From the NCBI RefSeq assembly GCF_041956535.1, contig NW_027192202.1, positions 521,474 to 585,473 on the forward strand: DNA of 64,000 nt, in the 5' to 3' direction. This DNA is from Calcarisporiella thermophila CBS 279.70 (Eukaryota > Fungi > Calcarisporiellomycota). Positions 25,038-39,475 of this stretch are shown here, in pieces. A model generated the notes under the pieces. It was given only the letters and a program-made list of their open reading frames with translations. It ran no database searches and was not told the origin of the DNA. The number at the start of each line of letters is the position of its first letter. Position 1 is the stretch's first letter. Position numbers and translations under genes: made by a program.

Positions 25038-27294
25038 TCAAATGTTTCGTACTATTACACTCCCTGTCATTTCTCCTTCCTCGTCCACCCAATCTTCGTC
25101 TTCCTCATCGTTCTGCGTGGTTTCCCAGGGCAATACCCTCCCTTCCATTCTCCCCTCCAGAATTCTTCTTCGTACCTCGTCCCATACGTTCATATTGCAT
25201 TGCTCAGAATCCACGCACGGCTTATCATCCTCATGTTGCTGTTCGGTTTTCTCTTTAGATCCTATATAGCCACGCCCCAAATCCCCACTCCAAGTATTCT
25301 CGTGACATATCCAAGTCCCATTCTTTATGGAAGATGGGGGTGTGGAGACGGAGGATGTTGTTGATGAGCAGGATGAAGAGGTCGCGTCGCATCGCCGATT
25401 GGCAGTTCTTCGCGAATGTGGCTCGCTCGGGGTTGGAGAAGAAAGTGTCAATGGGGGCTTTTGCGGGAATAAACTTTGGAGATGGGGTAGATAGGTGGAG
25501 AGCAGTTTGGGGTGAGGGCACGCGAGAAGTTTCTATATTGGGCAGATGCACGGGTTTAAGCACATCAAGGGGATAAATGGACACAAAGAGGCTCAATTAC
25601 CTTTACTACCCGATCAAGGCCAGAGGCCAACAATTCCTTCTGAAGCGCCATGTTATCCAATCCCTGCTGGTGCCAAATACTAGCAGGGGGAGAATGAAGT
25701 ATAAACTTGATCAGTTGCAGGTGGGACAATAAATATTCCACCACCCCAACATCGACCATCAACATTGCGTCCTCGTGCGCTACCCTCCCACTCCCAATTC
25801 CGACGGCACTACGGCCGGCCCGTGAGGGTTTGCGCCGCTGTGGGGAGCGTCTACTGTGCACCCGTATAGACTTGCGCTTTGCGGGCATAGGCGGGGGCGC
25901 TGGTCGCGCAATGCTTTTGAAATCGTAGCGCAGTGCTCGTGCAAGAAAAGTGATCGGCTCAATATTTTTATCCACGAAACTCTCCAGCTCACGCATCCAC
26001 GACCGAAATCTGCGAGCGTATACAGGGGGGAAATTGCCCGAGGTTGATGCCAGAAAGGGGCACTCCTTTCGTGAAAACTTATCACGCTCTTCTTCAGTAT
26101 TCGTGTCTTCTATTCTATCCAGAAGGAGCTGAAAAAGCAGGTCGTAGCCATTGAGGTCGAAACTGCGGGTGGTAGAGAGCACGTGGAATATATCGATGAT
26201 AAGGTGGCAAGTCGCTATTTCACAGCGAGCCTTGTCTACAAAGATAATGTCGCGCATCAGATAAAATGGTTGAGGGTCGCGTATTAGTTTGCGTGTGGCA
26301 TCCTAGTATCAAGGCAAATATTAATATCCAGAGATTGAAGAAGGCTTCTATTTGGCTGTCACCTGGTGTGTAAGCAATGCCTTGTAGCATCGGAGGATTT
26401 CTTGTAGTAGTTTTTCTTTGTTAATTTTCCTTAATTGAGAAATAGATTGGTTAGTCGCGAACATAGTTTTCCATGACACAAGGATACTTACTTTTTCGGG
26501 AGCATTTTTACGTTTTTTAATATGGTATTGAGCAACTCCAATCCACCCGCACGAAGAAAGTCCGAGGTCCAGCTAAATCATATTGGGTTTTAAGGGTTAA
26601 ATAAGTATTGGAATCAATCTCGGGAGGCCGTAACTACCTAACGGCTTCATTCTTTAGCAACACCCGCAATTCCTGCATTATTTTCACGTCATTGTATTGA
26701 ATACGTAACTTATTCACGAACACAATGGGCTCAACCACCGGATTCCGCACGGCTCCGCTGGGTGAAGTCGGCGAGACGAGTGAAAAGGGCGAAAATTTTC
26801 CATTTGCAGATTGCCTGGACGCACTCTGCGAGTTCAACATTGCTTGCTTTTTTGCGACCGGGAATGCACGTAGTTGTTCACGGAGGTGGCCGGGCAACTG
26901 TAGCTCGTCCTAATAAGGGCGTGAGGGAATTATCAACTTAATTACACAAAAGAATTCGATGTTTTGCCTATAGCCTCCGTTCACATACCAACAAGTCTTC
27001 AAATGCTTCGTCTGTCATTTCGGAGAGTAGCTTGTCCATCCCGCTGCCGGGACGAAGAGGAGCTTCCCCGCAAAACTCAACCTCATCGACCCAGTTATTG
27101 CAACTCTCACTAGAATACTGCGTGTTGGGTGTGCCTGAACGGCATTCTCCGCGTTCAAACAAGTTTCCATCCCGGGTGTATTGAGATTGCTTTTGAAACT
27201 TATTAATTAACCCTGCAAATTTGTTGTTGAATATCGAGGCAAGCTTGCGGTTGCCTTCAGCTTGGTGGTGAACGCGTTTTTCCTTGAAAGCCAT
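25038..27294 (-). CDS. Formin-type GTPase-binding (GBD/FH3) domain protein lacking FH1/FH2 (Rid1-like)
   Basis: FEDLL/DELQLPGHLREQLRAFPVAKKQAML, ELRVLLKNEAV/SWTSDFLRAGGLELL, EILRCYKALL; introns join the ORFs down to the stop at 25038. Confidence 0.75.
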
Positions 27295-27810
27295 CTCCTG
27301 AAAATTTTGGTAAAAGCAACATCCAAGCGAGACGTGGATATTGAGGGGGGTATTGAAAATAAATTACAATAAATTATAAATGTTTGATATTTGTAAATGC
27401 TCTTTAAGGATTTCCGAGTAGAAGAAATACGCGTTTCTGAACAAAATCAGCGCCAACCCAATTTACGCGTCGCCAACACTCCAGATCCTCAAGATCCAAA
27501 AGGCAACGTCATTGTTTCTATGATCCTCGCCTTAAGATCGAGGCGCATTTGTGAAAATTTCTCGGCAATAAAATCTAATAAGGCGGGGATTAAGAGAGAC
27601 ATGGGCAGATTACACAAGCACATGGAAATATATAGCACCGCTGAAATTTTGAAACATTTATGCGGCTGAGAGCATGCATTCATTGGACACCGTAAATTGC
27701 TTATAATAAGGGGGAGGGTCATATTTTATTTTTAGCTATTCTAGCCGTTACCAGTCTCTACACATCAGGTTCCTCTTCCCTCCTTTTTCCACACTCCACT
27801 TGGCGGTATA

Positions 27811-29540
27811 ATGCGCGTCTCCACAATCCTTTTTGCCTTGGCAGCGGTTGCCTTTGCATCCGCCCAGCAACCTGCATACACCTGCGATCCCAACCAATGC
27901 AAGCTCCCTACATGTCAATGCGCTTCTAAGAATCCCCCTGCTGGCATCCAGCCGGCAAACGCTCCCCAGTTTCTCACCTTTACTTTTGGTAAGCACTCCG
28001 GATTTCAACAGAATATCCCAAGCGTGGCCAACTAATGCATATGTTTTATTGATTTAGATGACTCCATCCAAGAGAGTAAGTAGCCAGAGTATCTCCTGTT
28101 GACCCTTCTCTCTAAATCGATAGCTTTTAAAACGTAATAGATCTGATGAAGACTGCCTACACTCTTCTGAATCGTAAAAATCCTAACGGGTGCCCGGTGG
28201 GTTTAGCAATATTTATTTCTGATATTTGAGAGATTCTAACGAATATTTCTTTTTGGACAGGCTCGCGGCACCTGGTTTGTCTCCATCCAATACACTGACA
28301 TGGAGCTCGTTACTCAGTGGTATGGCGCCGGTCACGAGGTGGCAGATCATACATACACCCACGTCGGTTCTCCATCTGAGCGTAAGCAATCACATATCCA
28401 TTCGATAGCTATCTTTTATTAATGCCAGGATGTTACCATGACTTTAGAGGAGATTTCTTCCTGTAAACAAATTCTCAATTCGTTCGCTGGTATACCTAAG
28501 AGCAAACTTGCCGGCTTCCGCGCTCCTTTCCTGAATTACACCGCGGATACTCTAGCAAACGTTGCAAAACTTGTATGATAAATCTTAGGCAGCTTGCTTA
28601 AATAGGTTTTAACCACCTGTACTATTTATAGGGCTTCGCATATGACAGCTCCTCCACAGCTCAAGTGGAGGATGCCTACTGGCCCTATACTCTCGATAAT
28701 GGCATGGCTAATGACTGCTGGACCGGGATTTGTGATCCGGGCAAAGTGAAGTTGCCAGGATTATGGGAGATCCCAATGCATGCAATCGTCGATGCTCCCC
28801 AGAAACCACCCCACCTTATGGACCCGTATCTTGATCTTCCTCCTGATCAGATGCTCCAGCTTATGAAGGACAATTTCAACCGTCATTATAACGGTGGTCG
28901 CCAACCCTTCGGTATCTATGTCCACCCTGTACACCTTACCGCTGGTGCTGAACCTCGTGATACTGCTCCTTTGGTCAATATGCTTACCCAATTTCTCGAG
29001 TGGGCGATGGGCCAACCAGACGTGTGGATGGTCAACAACCAACAGCTGCTTGAATGGATGCGCAACCCTGTTCCAAAGGATCAGCTTGCCTCTCAACCCT
29101 ACATGAAATGTGACGTGCCCAAGCTCGGTAAAGAGATATGCAACGGTCTTGATGACAACGGCGATGGTCAAATTGATGAGGGCGTAGTAGAATCATGCTC
29201 ATTCCCGACCGGAACCTTCCGTACTTGCTATGGATGCCCTGGTCAATATCCTACGCTGGAGCAGCCTCTCCCCCCTCGAGTTAATGCTAACCGCAAGCCG
29301 CTCCCGGATAACTGTGACACTCTATTTTGGGATTCTACCACTGGTCAATGTTTGCCAGGAGGAGCGCTTATGGTAAGCAATGCTACGACGCCCGCCGCCG
29401 CAAATCCTTCCACTAGCCTTGGCACACTCTCAGGTCCTAACAAGGTCACGCCCTCCGGTGCTAGTTCGTCTGCTACCATCGTGAAGAGTGGTGTTGCAAT
29501 GCTCTTGGTTTCTACTCTCATGGGATTGCTGATGGCTTAA
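27811..29540 (+). CDS. Secreted, probably GPI-anchored CE4 polysaccharide/chitin deacetylase
   Basis: Signal peptide, CDPNQCKLPTCQCAS, TF/DDS, GHEVADHTYTH, GFRAPFL, YWPYTLDNG, GLWEIPM, RQPFGIYVH; S/T-rich stalk and hydrophobic C-terminus. Confidence 0.92.
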
Positions 29541-29762
29541 TAATTCCAACCTCTAATGAAAGTTATGAACACTACATACTACTAACTATTTGTAGCATGA
29601 ATACCAGGTTATTTTTCATCCTCCGTAATACATATTACTCTACTATACTTGTTGGGTAATTCAATCTGTTTGTTCTTCAGGTGAAATAGAGTAGTCTCGT
29701 AAATAATAAAATAGATTATATTTATTGAATTGAAAATTATATGCAAAGTCAAACTCAAAGCG

Positions 29763-30711
29763 CTATACAGGCTCTTCTCCCTTCCACCATTCTGGATCTC
29801 CTAGACCTTCGTCCGCAATGGTAGCCTATAAGCCATATATTGCGATGATAAATATTAATTAGATTGACTTGTAAAAGCGAACAAACGTTACCGTCAAAGA
29901 ATAAGGCGGTACTTTTGTGGAGTTCATGGCTTCCTGTTCGGCGACAGTCGTTTTTTGTCGGTTGGCAGGGGGTGGAGTTGTGTCTGTAAACGTCTCATCT
30001 TCAATGCGGAATCGAATATTGCTTCCAACATCAATCCACATAGGGTTCCCATCGAAACTCCATTGCCATGCCTGCTCTTCCATATCGCTGATCACGGAAC
30101 AAGCAAAATAATTAGTCCAATCCACAGCATTAATCATAATCCACTCACAATTCTGACGGGGTTGGGAGGTAATGTGGGGGGATTAGGATATCATCGAAAA
30201 AATCCATTGTGACTAGTACAAACGCACCATAGTTAATAAAATTCAGAAAAATTCAACCCCTAATGAAAAATTACCTCGTACGCCACTTGACGTGCAGCTT
30301 TTAACCTTGCCCGTAAGTACTTCGCCAATATGGGGGCGGAATACCAACATACGAAACCTAACTAAACTTCGATAGAAACCAAATTAGTCATTGAATATTC
30401 AGGGTAATGTCCACTAGACAGAACCACCTTTTACATGACTACTGCCATCGCTATGAAATATGAACCCTTCACTCGCCTCGAGTATGTCGTATAAACAGAT
30501 ACATAATCCTACACCTTGTAAGACCTAGTGCATAGTGATACATTTGCATTTGTTGATCTCAATGCAAGAATGTGAATAAAACAAATATTTAGAGTGCTAC
30601 CTTATTTGAGTACTTTTTGTTGATCTCATCCTCAAGCGCTTCATATTTTGGGATACTAAAGTCGCTCGGAACGATGCGAACCGTGTCCTTAAGTACCGAG
30701 AGGATGAACAT
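29763..30711 (-). CDS. RPC25: RNA polymerase III subunit C25 (RPC8)
   Basis: MFILSVLKDTVRIVPSDF..EDEINKKYSNK, VGLCICLYDIL, FRMLVFRPHIGEVLTGKV, GFFDDILIP, IRFRIEDETF, EGLGDPEWW. Confidence 0.93.
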
Positions 30712-30959
30712 TACAAGGTATATAGAAAAGAGTATTTTGCTTTCTCGCCATCACGAAAAAAGCAGTCAAATTGCGCCACATCATGTTTAAAATACTAATA
30801 GACGTTGATTATTACAAAAACAATATTATATTTAGGTGTTCTATATATATAGAAAAAAAAAGAAAATATAATGTGATTTTTGTAAAAGTCGCAAGATAAG
30901 CTCTTATGGACCTCTTTTTTCTTCGATCTAATTATAAACATTTTTTTTGGGTTAAAAGT

Positions 30960-33614
30960 TTAGTCTACGTCCATTTCAGGCTTTGACTCTTTCTCGGCAG
31001 AGGGCTCGTCCTTTGCTGCTTGAGCCGTCTCATCAGCTTCCGTCTTGGCTTGCTCGGGCGTGGGCACAGGCTTTGGCTTGGGTTTCGTAAGGATGGGACT
31101 AGCAAAGTGCACCAGCTGTTCCCGCTCATGCAGGATATCCCGCGCATATACAACAGGAGTTTCATGAGGAGGTACCGCTGCCTGCTTGTGGAGCACATCA
31201 TTCAACCAGCGTCGGGCCTTTTCACACCGATCCACCACCTGTTGTTTCTCATCGGCAGAGATGTGTGCGAAACGCTCCTCAGTGCTAAGAGCATTCTTGA
31301 TATATTGCTCAATTGTCTCCCGAAGTTGACGTTCGGCGTGAGGTCTCGCCTCGGCCTCGCGGAATCGCTCCGTAATTGGGCGGCCATACTTGAGAAGCTC
31401 CTCTAGTTTCGCGGTGTACACGGATTTTGTGGACTCCTCGCCCTCTTCAGTGTATAGCCAATCCTCTACTTCATTAAGCAGCTTGACGAATATCTCCTTA
31501 GTGGCATCATCGACATAATCGGAAAATTGCATCTCAAGTTTTCCACGCATCTCGTACACGTATTCCTCGAGCGCGTTGCGACGCTCCTCAGTATCCGCAA
31601 CAAGTTTATCCGCCATACCCATTTGAGCCTCTTTCTCCTTAAGTTTCACGATAACATCGGAGGCAAGAGATGGCAAACCTTTGACAATGGGAAGGTCGTG
31701 CTTCTTCACGAGTTTCTTCACCTTTTTCACAGTCTCCTTTGATCCCTCTTCCTTATTCTCATCTTTGGAATCTTTCTCTTGAGTTTGATCAGTTTCCATT
31801 GCTTCGTCAACTTTCTCCTCCTTAATAACCTCTTCAACAGTGTAAGCTTGTTCTACCGAAACAATACCGTGCAAGTTCAAACGAGCCTTCACTTTCACCT
31901 GGGCAAGATCGCCATCCTTGGTGGGCTCCACGTTCTTCACTGAGAAGCGGCCAATCCACGGGTTAGCTCCGGTGGGCAATTCCTGTGGCTCCGCGTAGTA
32001 AGCCTCCAAATCGAATGCTTCCTTGCGGTAGAAGGTAAGGATCTTTGTAGATGGGACTGGGTTGTTCTTCTGGAAGACTACAAGTTCCGTCTCCTCTTCC
32101 TCAGGCGTTGGGGCCCAGGTAAACTTGATTGGGTAGGGAGTAATGTCGTGGACTTGGAAATCACGCACTTTGAACACAGGCGACAAAATAGCGCACATCA
32201 AAGCACAGCCCCGAGCTACCGCCTCATCTTGGTTGAGCGTGGTAGAGATCTCTTTTCCGAAAAATCGAGTCAAGCGCTCTTTCACAGCTGGGATACGTGT
32301 TGATCCGCCCACCAACTCAATCGAGTGCACTTCAGATACGCTTAAGCCAGCGTTAAACAGCGCTTGTTTCAGTGGTGACTCAATTCGCTCCAAGAGATGC
32401 AAAGATAGCTCTTCAAATTCAGTGCGAGTCAACATTGCTGAGACATCGATATCGTTCATGATTGATTCGACGTTCAATGGTGCTTGTGGGTTTGCCGACA
32501 ACACTTTTTTCAGCTTCTCGCATGCAGTTCGCAGACGGAACAGCGGCTTATTCTTCGATTTCACATCAATGTTATAGCGTTGCTTGAATTCCTCAGCAAA
32601 GTGGTCTACGAGAACTTGATCAAAGTTTCTTCCACCAAGATGCCTGTCACAAGCTGTGGAGAGCACTGTGAGCTTGCCCTTAAGGTAGGATACAACGGTG
32701 ACAGTGTAATCGGAATAGCCCAAATCAACAAACACGACATTGCGCGGCTTATCATCAGGAAGATCCGTCTTGGTAATGCCGTAGCCAAGTGCAGCGGCTG
32801 TTGTGTCGTTCATCAATCGAAGGACGTTGAGGTTTGCAATTTCTGCAGCATCAAGAAGGGAGCGACGCTGAACATCCGTGTACCATGTTGGAACAGAGAT
32901 GACGCAATCCGACACAGGGACGTTAAGTTCTTTTGACGCAGTATCGCGGAGTTTAGTCAAATACATTGCTATCAGCTGAGTGCTATTAAAGATGGCTTCT
33001 TGATCCAGATAGCTGACCTAATGGGGAGAATAGAACTATTACTCAATATAAATACGACATGATAATTGAGAAGAGTGTTATTTGCCTTAACGCCGGCTTG
33101 ACCTTCCACATCGACCAAATCAGCGTTGATATACTGCTTTTCTACTTGTTGAATATCAGGGTCCTGGAAAGTCCTACCAGCGAGGCGTTTCAACGAGCCA
33201 ACAGTATTTTTGAAGTTGGAGATTTCCTGGGACTTAGCGGCCTCGCCCAAATAGCGTTGTTTAGGGCCGAAAGATACCAGAGAACTGTTCATAATCAATT
33301 ATAAAATATTTATTCCAAGCCGACATTTGCCAAGCGAGGTAATTTGTATACTCACGGAGTTGCTCGGTTCGACACTTCGTTCGTAATAACATCAATGCCA
33401 CGGTTACTACACAATTAAATGTTAAAGCCCATTCCAAGAGTATATAATATATCATTTATACCGAGCAACCGCGATGACTGATTGCAGTGAACCAAAATCG
33501 ATACCTATAAAAGGATGTCATGACAGAATCGAGTGGACAAATTAAGAAAAATGATATATAATGGGACAGAAAAAAGATAGGAGATCGGGATTCTAACATA
33601 CCTACAACCGACAT
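30960..33614 (-). CDS. SSE1: Hsp110 chaperone / Hsp70 nucleotide-exchange factor
   Basis: MSVVGIDFG..VAR/NRGIDVITNEVSNRATP/SLVSFG; TTAAALGYGITKTDLP, TTLNQDEAVARGCAL; ends EMDVD. Confidence 0.97.
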
Positions 33615-34358
33615 GTTGAGCAGTCAATCTAATGATCTAAAGAAGCAAAATGTACGAAGGGCTGATATTTGTTTGTTTTTTTCTATAAAACCTTCTGGCT
33701 GCGTCTCTTAAAATTCACTATATAAATTTCAGAATAGTGTCGCTCTGAAAAGTATTTCTTTGAAAATGTCAAGAATATGCAAATTAACAATAATCTAATT
33801 CCTCAATTTTGCCGATGAAATGGGAAATATATATTTATTTTTGGTAATTGAATACTGCTAATATTTTTAAGCTGTTATAACAATACTACTCTTCATCTGG
33901 TCTGATATCCTATGTATATTGGATAATGTTAACATCACATTATGCTATAATAAATAAAGTATACTGTAAGAATGGGCAATCTCTGTCATTCCTCTGATTT
34001 TCAAATGTAAAACCAACAATAAGTAGCGTTCAATTTAAATTAAGACTTATAAAATCTAAAATGGTGGTTAGTTGTTTTCGCAAGTTAAAAACGCGAATTT
34101 TTTTGGGGGGGGGGACACATAACACGTTGGTTTTTGCTCTTGAGAAATATAACCTCAATAAAAATACTGTTTTACTTTCTTCCTCCAACGTCTCGACATC
34201 CTTAGAGCATCCATTCACATTCCATCTCACAAAGTTTACTGATTTTTGTGGAAGAAATCCTATCGTCCTTTGATAGTAATATTCCTGGAATTCTAGAAGT
34301 TAAATTCATCTTCTAACAAAAATCAGCCATCATTAAGATAAAGGGGGTGAAGTTTTAC

Positions 34359-37300
34359 ATGACTTATTGGCCCGAGATGAGTTTGGCCAATCAACAAAAC
34401 TTTATACAATGCCTTGAGACGCTCTGCGAGGAATTCTTCAATCCCAAATCGACACAAGGCAGAGTACATGCCGAACGGCTTTTGGATTATGCCTGCCCTA
34501 CCTTTGCTGAAGACACCCTGTCAACTGATGGAGAGGGAGGAATTGGAATTGGAGGATTAGTTGGAGGAAGTTACTCACGAGATCGTGGGCGGCGCCCCTC
34601 AGGCAGCGATAGTCTTCCTATTGCACGAGTCCCTGAGACTCCTGCAGAATCGGTGCAGTTTTGCCAGTTACTTTTGGAAAGTTCTCCATCTCCGTATGCC
34701 CAAATGTTCGCAGCACATAGACTTCGTGCTCTAGCACTTGATCATTTTTCTTTATTCACGCCAGAGCAGAAGCTGGATCTGAGTAAGCATTGCTTGTATA
34801 TTGCTTAAACATCGCCATAGCTTTACTCTATGGCCATTATGCCTTTGTTTATTTCTCTCTTCGGAAGCCGTTGTTAGCATAGAATAACTGTGCTTACTCT
34901 TTTTTTCATTTCCCTTTAACTGCTTTTGTCTGCAGGAAACTTTACTTTGAGATACCTCTACCAACACCCTACGCTGTCCACCTTTGTTATTCAGGCACTT
35001 AGCCAGGTGTTTGCCACTGTCACAAAACTCGGTTGGTTCGACTCAGATGAATTTCGCAATATCATGGAAGATATGCTGAACTTCAATGTAATGCTTCATT
35101 ATATTTACTCTTATATTTAAAACTAAAGCATATATATGACCTCTCTCCAATATAGGCAACAATTGAACATCGGATTGTGGGATTGCAGGTGCTTGCAACT
35201 CTCGTACTAGAAATGAACCTACAAGTTCCACAAAAGAATATGGTGAAGCAACGCAAGACTTGTAATTTGTTTTTACTTAATGTGCTTCTATCCTTTGATA
35301 TTGACAGCTAATTTCATACATTTTTATATTCGCCTGACAGCTACTTCTTTTCGCGATTCACAACTCTTAGATATTTTTAAATTTACTATATCTACCTTAC
35401 AATCACTGGTCACGCGGCAAATTCCCTTCGAACATGGTAATTTATTTTAACTAGACGCCTTCAAACACTTTGTAATTAAAAGCTGCATGCAAAATAGCTT
35501 CACAGGGCAATCGTATTAAGGAGTCGACACTTTCCCTTTGTAAAAACTGCTTGGCTTTTGATTTTATTGGGACCGCCCCCGACGAATCAATCGATGATAC
35601 TGGGAGTGTTCAGGTTTATACATGACCACTCTTCATTACACTTCATATAAATATAACTTGGAAATATTTGCGTCTAGGTCCCATCTACATGGCGGTCGTT
35701 ATTCGATGATAATGGCATTGTGAAAACCTTTTTTGAAGCATATACTGCATTTGATCCTCCATATTCTAGTCATGTAAATCCTGAGATATATATTTTCACC
35801 AATTATCTCATCATATTAACTAAATACTAATTAATAGGTGATGGAATGTTTGGTATATATCACGTCCGTGCGTCGCTCTCTCTTTAATGAAGAGGAGCGC
35901 GGTAAATTTGTCGGACAAGTGATGCAGGAGATACGTAAGATCCTGATCACCTCGCAGGGTATGAATGACAGCAATAACTACCACGAGTTTTGTCGAATGC
36001 TCGCCAAATTCCGTAGCATTTACCAGATGAGCGAGATATCAACCCAACCCGAGTGGATTGAGTGGATGGAATTAGTGGCGAATTTTTCGATTAAAGGCTT
36101 TAGCGCTTGGCAGGTACCTATTTTCTGGATTGGAACCATTGGGCAATTTGTACTTTTACAATTAAATCTTTTAAAATCACTTTTAGTGGGCACCGAACAG
36201 CACGACCTATCTGCTGACATTCTGGTCTAAGATGGCGTCGGGTGCTAGCAACGTCCGCAATATTCCTCCAGATGTACTAGAAAATATTTGTGCTAATGTA
36301 TGTGTAAAAGATTTCAAAAATTGCCAGGCGCTAGCTTAATATACACCCTATTGTAGCTTGTCCCTGCTTTTATCTCTTCTCGTGTGGAAGCGGTCTCTGT
36401 TATACTTGAGGGCTCGATGGATGGTATGAATTGACAGATTATCAAGATTTGAATCTTTTGTTTTAGCTTGCTTTTTGTTTTATATAGATCCTATGGAAAA
36501 CGAGGAACTATTGATTGAGCAATTAGAGCTACTTTCCAACATTGCCCGCTGCAAATATCCCGAAGCATGTGTATGCATTAACACACTTTTCGATCCAGTT
36601 GCCTCACAGTACCAAGAGCTTTATCAACGTGCCTCTACAGGCACAATGAATGAAGCACTAAAGGCTTTGCTGGAAGTGACTGAAGGTAATTTTTCTATTT
36701 GACCCTCCATTTAATATTCTGCAGTATGTTAACTTATTTTTATTGTCATGAAGTTAAATTTGCCTGGCTTGTATATATAATTGGTGGTTTTCTCGGTGCT
36801 CGAATACCCTATTCAAATTCTGAGGAACAAGATACTACAGATGCCGAACTTGCTACTAAAGTTTTGCAACTGATGGATATAAATAGAGTCTGGCTCGAAC
36901 AAGTAGGTCTTTGCGAATTATAGGATGAACATTAATTACACACATTGATGCAACTTGGTTGCTATTATAGCAAGGGCAGCAGATTGGTTCTGATAAACTG
37001 GAGGCGGCTTTTCTCTTCTTTTTCCAACAACTTCGGAAGAGTTATATTGGAGAACCTTCCTCACGAGCGACGGAGGTAGGACGTCACTCTTTTGCAATGC
37101 TATAGAAAAGGTACACTTAACAAACTGTTCCATTCTAAATAGTTTTACAAGAAGATGTCTGAAAATTTCGGAATTAACGATCAATCGATGGTAAAAACCT
37201 TAACGATCTATCGGTTTATCAATTTTTCTTAAACTAATACACCTTTGTTCTAAACTAGCTCCTGAACGTCATAATGTCCAAAATGTAAATTCGACAATTT

Positions 37301-39175
37301 CATACTCGCCTAATTGATGCTAATTCATGTATATATATATATTTATATAGTGAGTCTAACCTATTAATCTGGGCTTCTCACTCGGAAATCGTCGGCAAAT
37401 CGCTAAAGCTCCTAAATGATATCGCCAGCGGATATAGTTCATTGAAGCTTGTACGCAGGGCCCCAAAGACCAAACGCTTGCTTAGCTGTCATTCGGCAAA
37501 GAACTTCCCTTTTTTGGGTGCTAATCTGTCACATCGCCTGTCATATTATAATGCCCTGGGTCGATTGCTTTTTGCAGAAGAGAATCCTGAAGCAGATTTC
37601 GATGATTTCATGAAGCCATTCGACGAAGTGTTTGATGAGCTTTCGACTTTAGATAGCTTAGAAGCTTTTCGGCAACCAGCTGTCAGGGTAAATAACTGAG
37701 CTTTTGAAATCAAAGAATTTTCAGATTGATATATAAATGCATTTTTATTATTATTAAAGGAAACGGTTCTCGGGATCTTCAGGGATTTACGTGGCTTTCT
37801 TCTTTCCGTCCAAAGTCGCAAAAACTTCCTACTCTTCTTCGAATGGTTTTATCCTCAAAAGTTACGTGTAATGCTACGTGCTCTTGAGGCTTGGGTGGAC
37901 GATTCTTTAGCAGTAGTCATCCTTAAATTTTTCAATGAGTTTTGCTACAACCGCAGCCAGCGCCTGAATTTCGATGTATCGTCGGCAAATGGAATTTTAC
38001 TTTTTCGCGAGACTAGGTAAGTCATGGACGAATCAAGACTCATATCTAATTTGTTCTCACTCTTTTCCTCAATTTATAGCAAACTCTTGTGCACCTATGG
38101 TAAACAATTTATTTTGTCTTAAGAGACACTGCTGAGATGCTGAATGCTCCTTTCATCAGGACAATATACAGTTCATCGTCAAGTAGAAGAATCTAACAAG
38201 TATGCAGCCAAATACAAGGGTATAGCAGTGTGCTTCTCGATACTACATCGTTCTCTCTCGGGCCGCTACGTGAGCTTCGGGGTGTTTTCACTGTACGGTG
38301 ACACTGCTTTCGAAGCGGCACTGAACACTTTTTTCGAGATGATGCTTAGCACTCCGCTTGCCGATATGATGGTATATATAACCCTATTTCTTATAACAAT
38401 ATATGGTAGCTAACTTTTGTTTTTGTTTTTAATAGGCATTCCCAAAACTTGCACGTTCCTTTTACGCCTTGCTTGACGTATTCAGCAATGAGCACATGAT
38501 GTCCATTGCTGACCCGGGGTCAATGGCTTTTCTGTATATTATGCAAGCTCTTGCTGAGGGGGTGCGCTCACTTGACACACAAATCGCTACTGATTCCTGT
38601 AATGCACTTGATCACCTGTGCACATTCCTGATCCAACAGAGCTGGCAACAAGGGCTGCTATCTCCACCTAGCAGTGGTAGCCAGCCCTTGAGTGGAGCCT
38701 CCATTGCCAGAAGGCGGGCAAGACAAAGTGCCACCCCTCATTGGTTATGGACAAGAGTAATGGAGAATGCAAGCGTGCTTCCCTATATGCTTTCCACAGT
38801 ATTTGGCACGGTATTGTTTGAAGAACAGCAAATACAATGGTCTCTATCACGACCACTTTATGTGTTATATATACTAAATCGGGCATTGAACAACCTGGAT
38901 GAATACAAGCGTCGGCTAATTAAAGCACAATTGCCGGAGCGGAGAAATACTTTGGAAATGGTTTGTTTTTCTCATTTGCTCTATCCCCAACTTCATTCAA
39001 AAAGCTGACATTTTATGCTATATAGGCGCTTAATCAACTAGAGCAGGACATAGAATGGAACCTGAGCACAAGGGATCGCGACCGGTTTTCCAATGGATTG
39101 AATAACTTCCGCCGTGAGCTTAACAACACAAATCTGATTCTTATACCACCCGATCTCTCTTCACCAGCAATGTGA
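34359..39175 (+). CDS. XPO7: Exportin-7 / RanBP16-17 family karyopherin (about 20 exons)
   Basis: [103 protein letters not shown]. Confidence 0.92.
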
Positions 39176-39475
39176 AATGCGTTAGAGGTTTATCTTTTTT
39201 TTTGGAGAAGGGAAGAGGGAACTACTTGAATAGATTTATGCATCACTTTATATTATTATATATTATATATTATAGGATCATTTTGAACTTCATTTGAAAT
39301 TGTAGATCCGTCACAGTTGCTATAAGATTTCTTTAATCCTTATATTTGCATCCGATATTCCTATACTCTTAACTATTTTTGTCTCGTACTAAGTAGCAAT
39401 AAAAAGCAAAAAAAAAAAAAAATAGAGAATAGGCGAATGAAATGATTTTAAATCAGACAATATAGAACAAGATAT

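Noticed and set aside
33690-34300. GAA/TTC words upstream of SSE1 as heat-shock elements
   Set aside because: Spacing does not give three alternating nGAAn units; only one TTCTAGAA core near 34291
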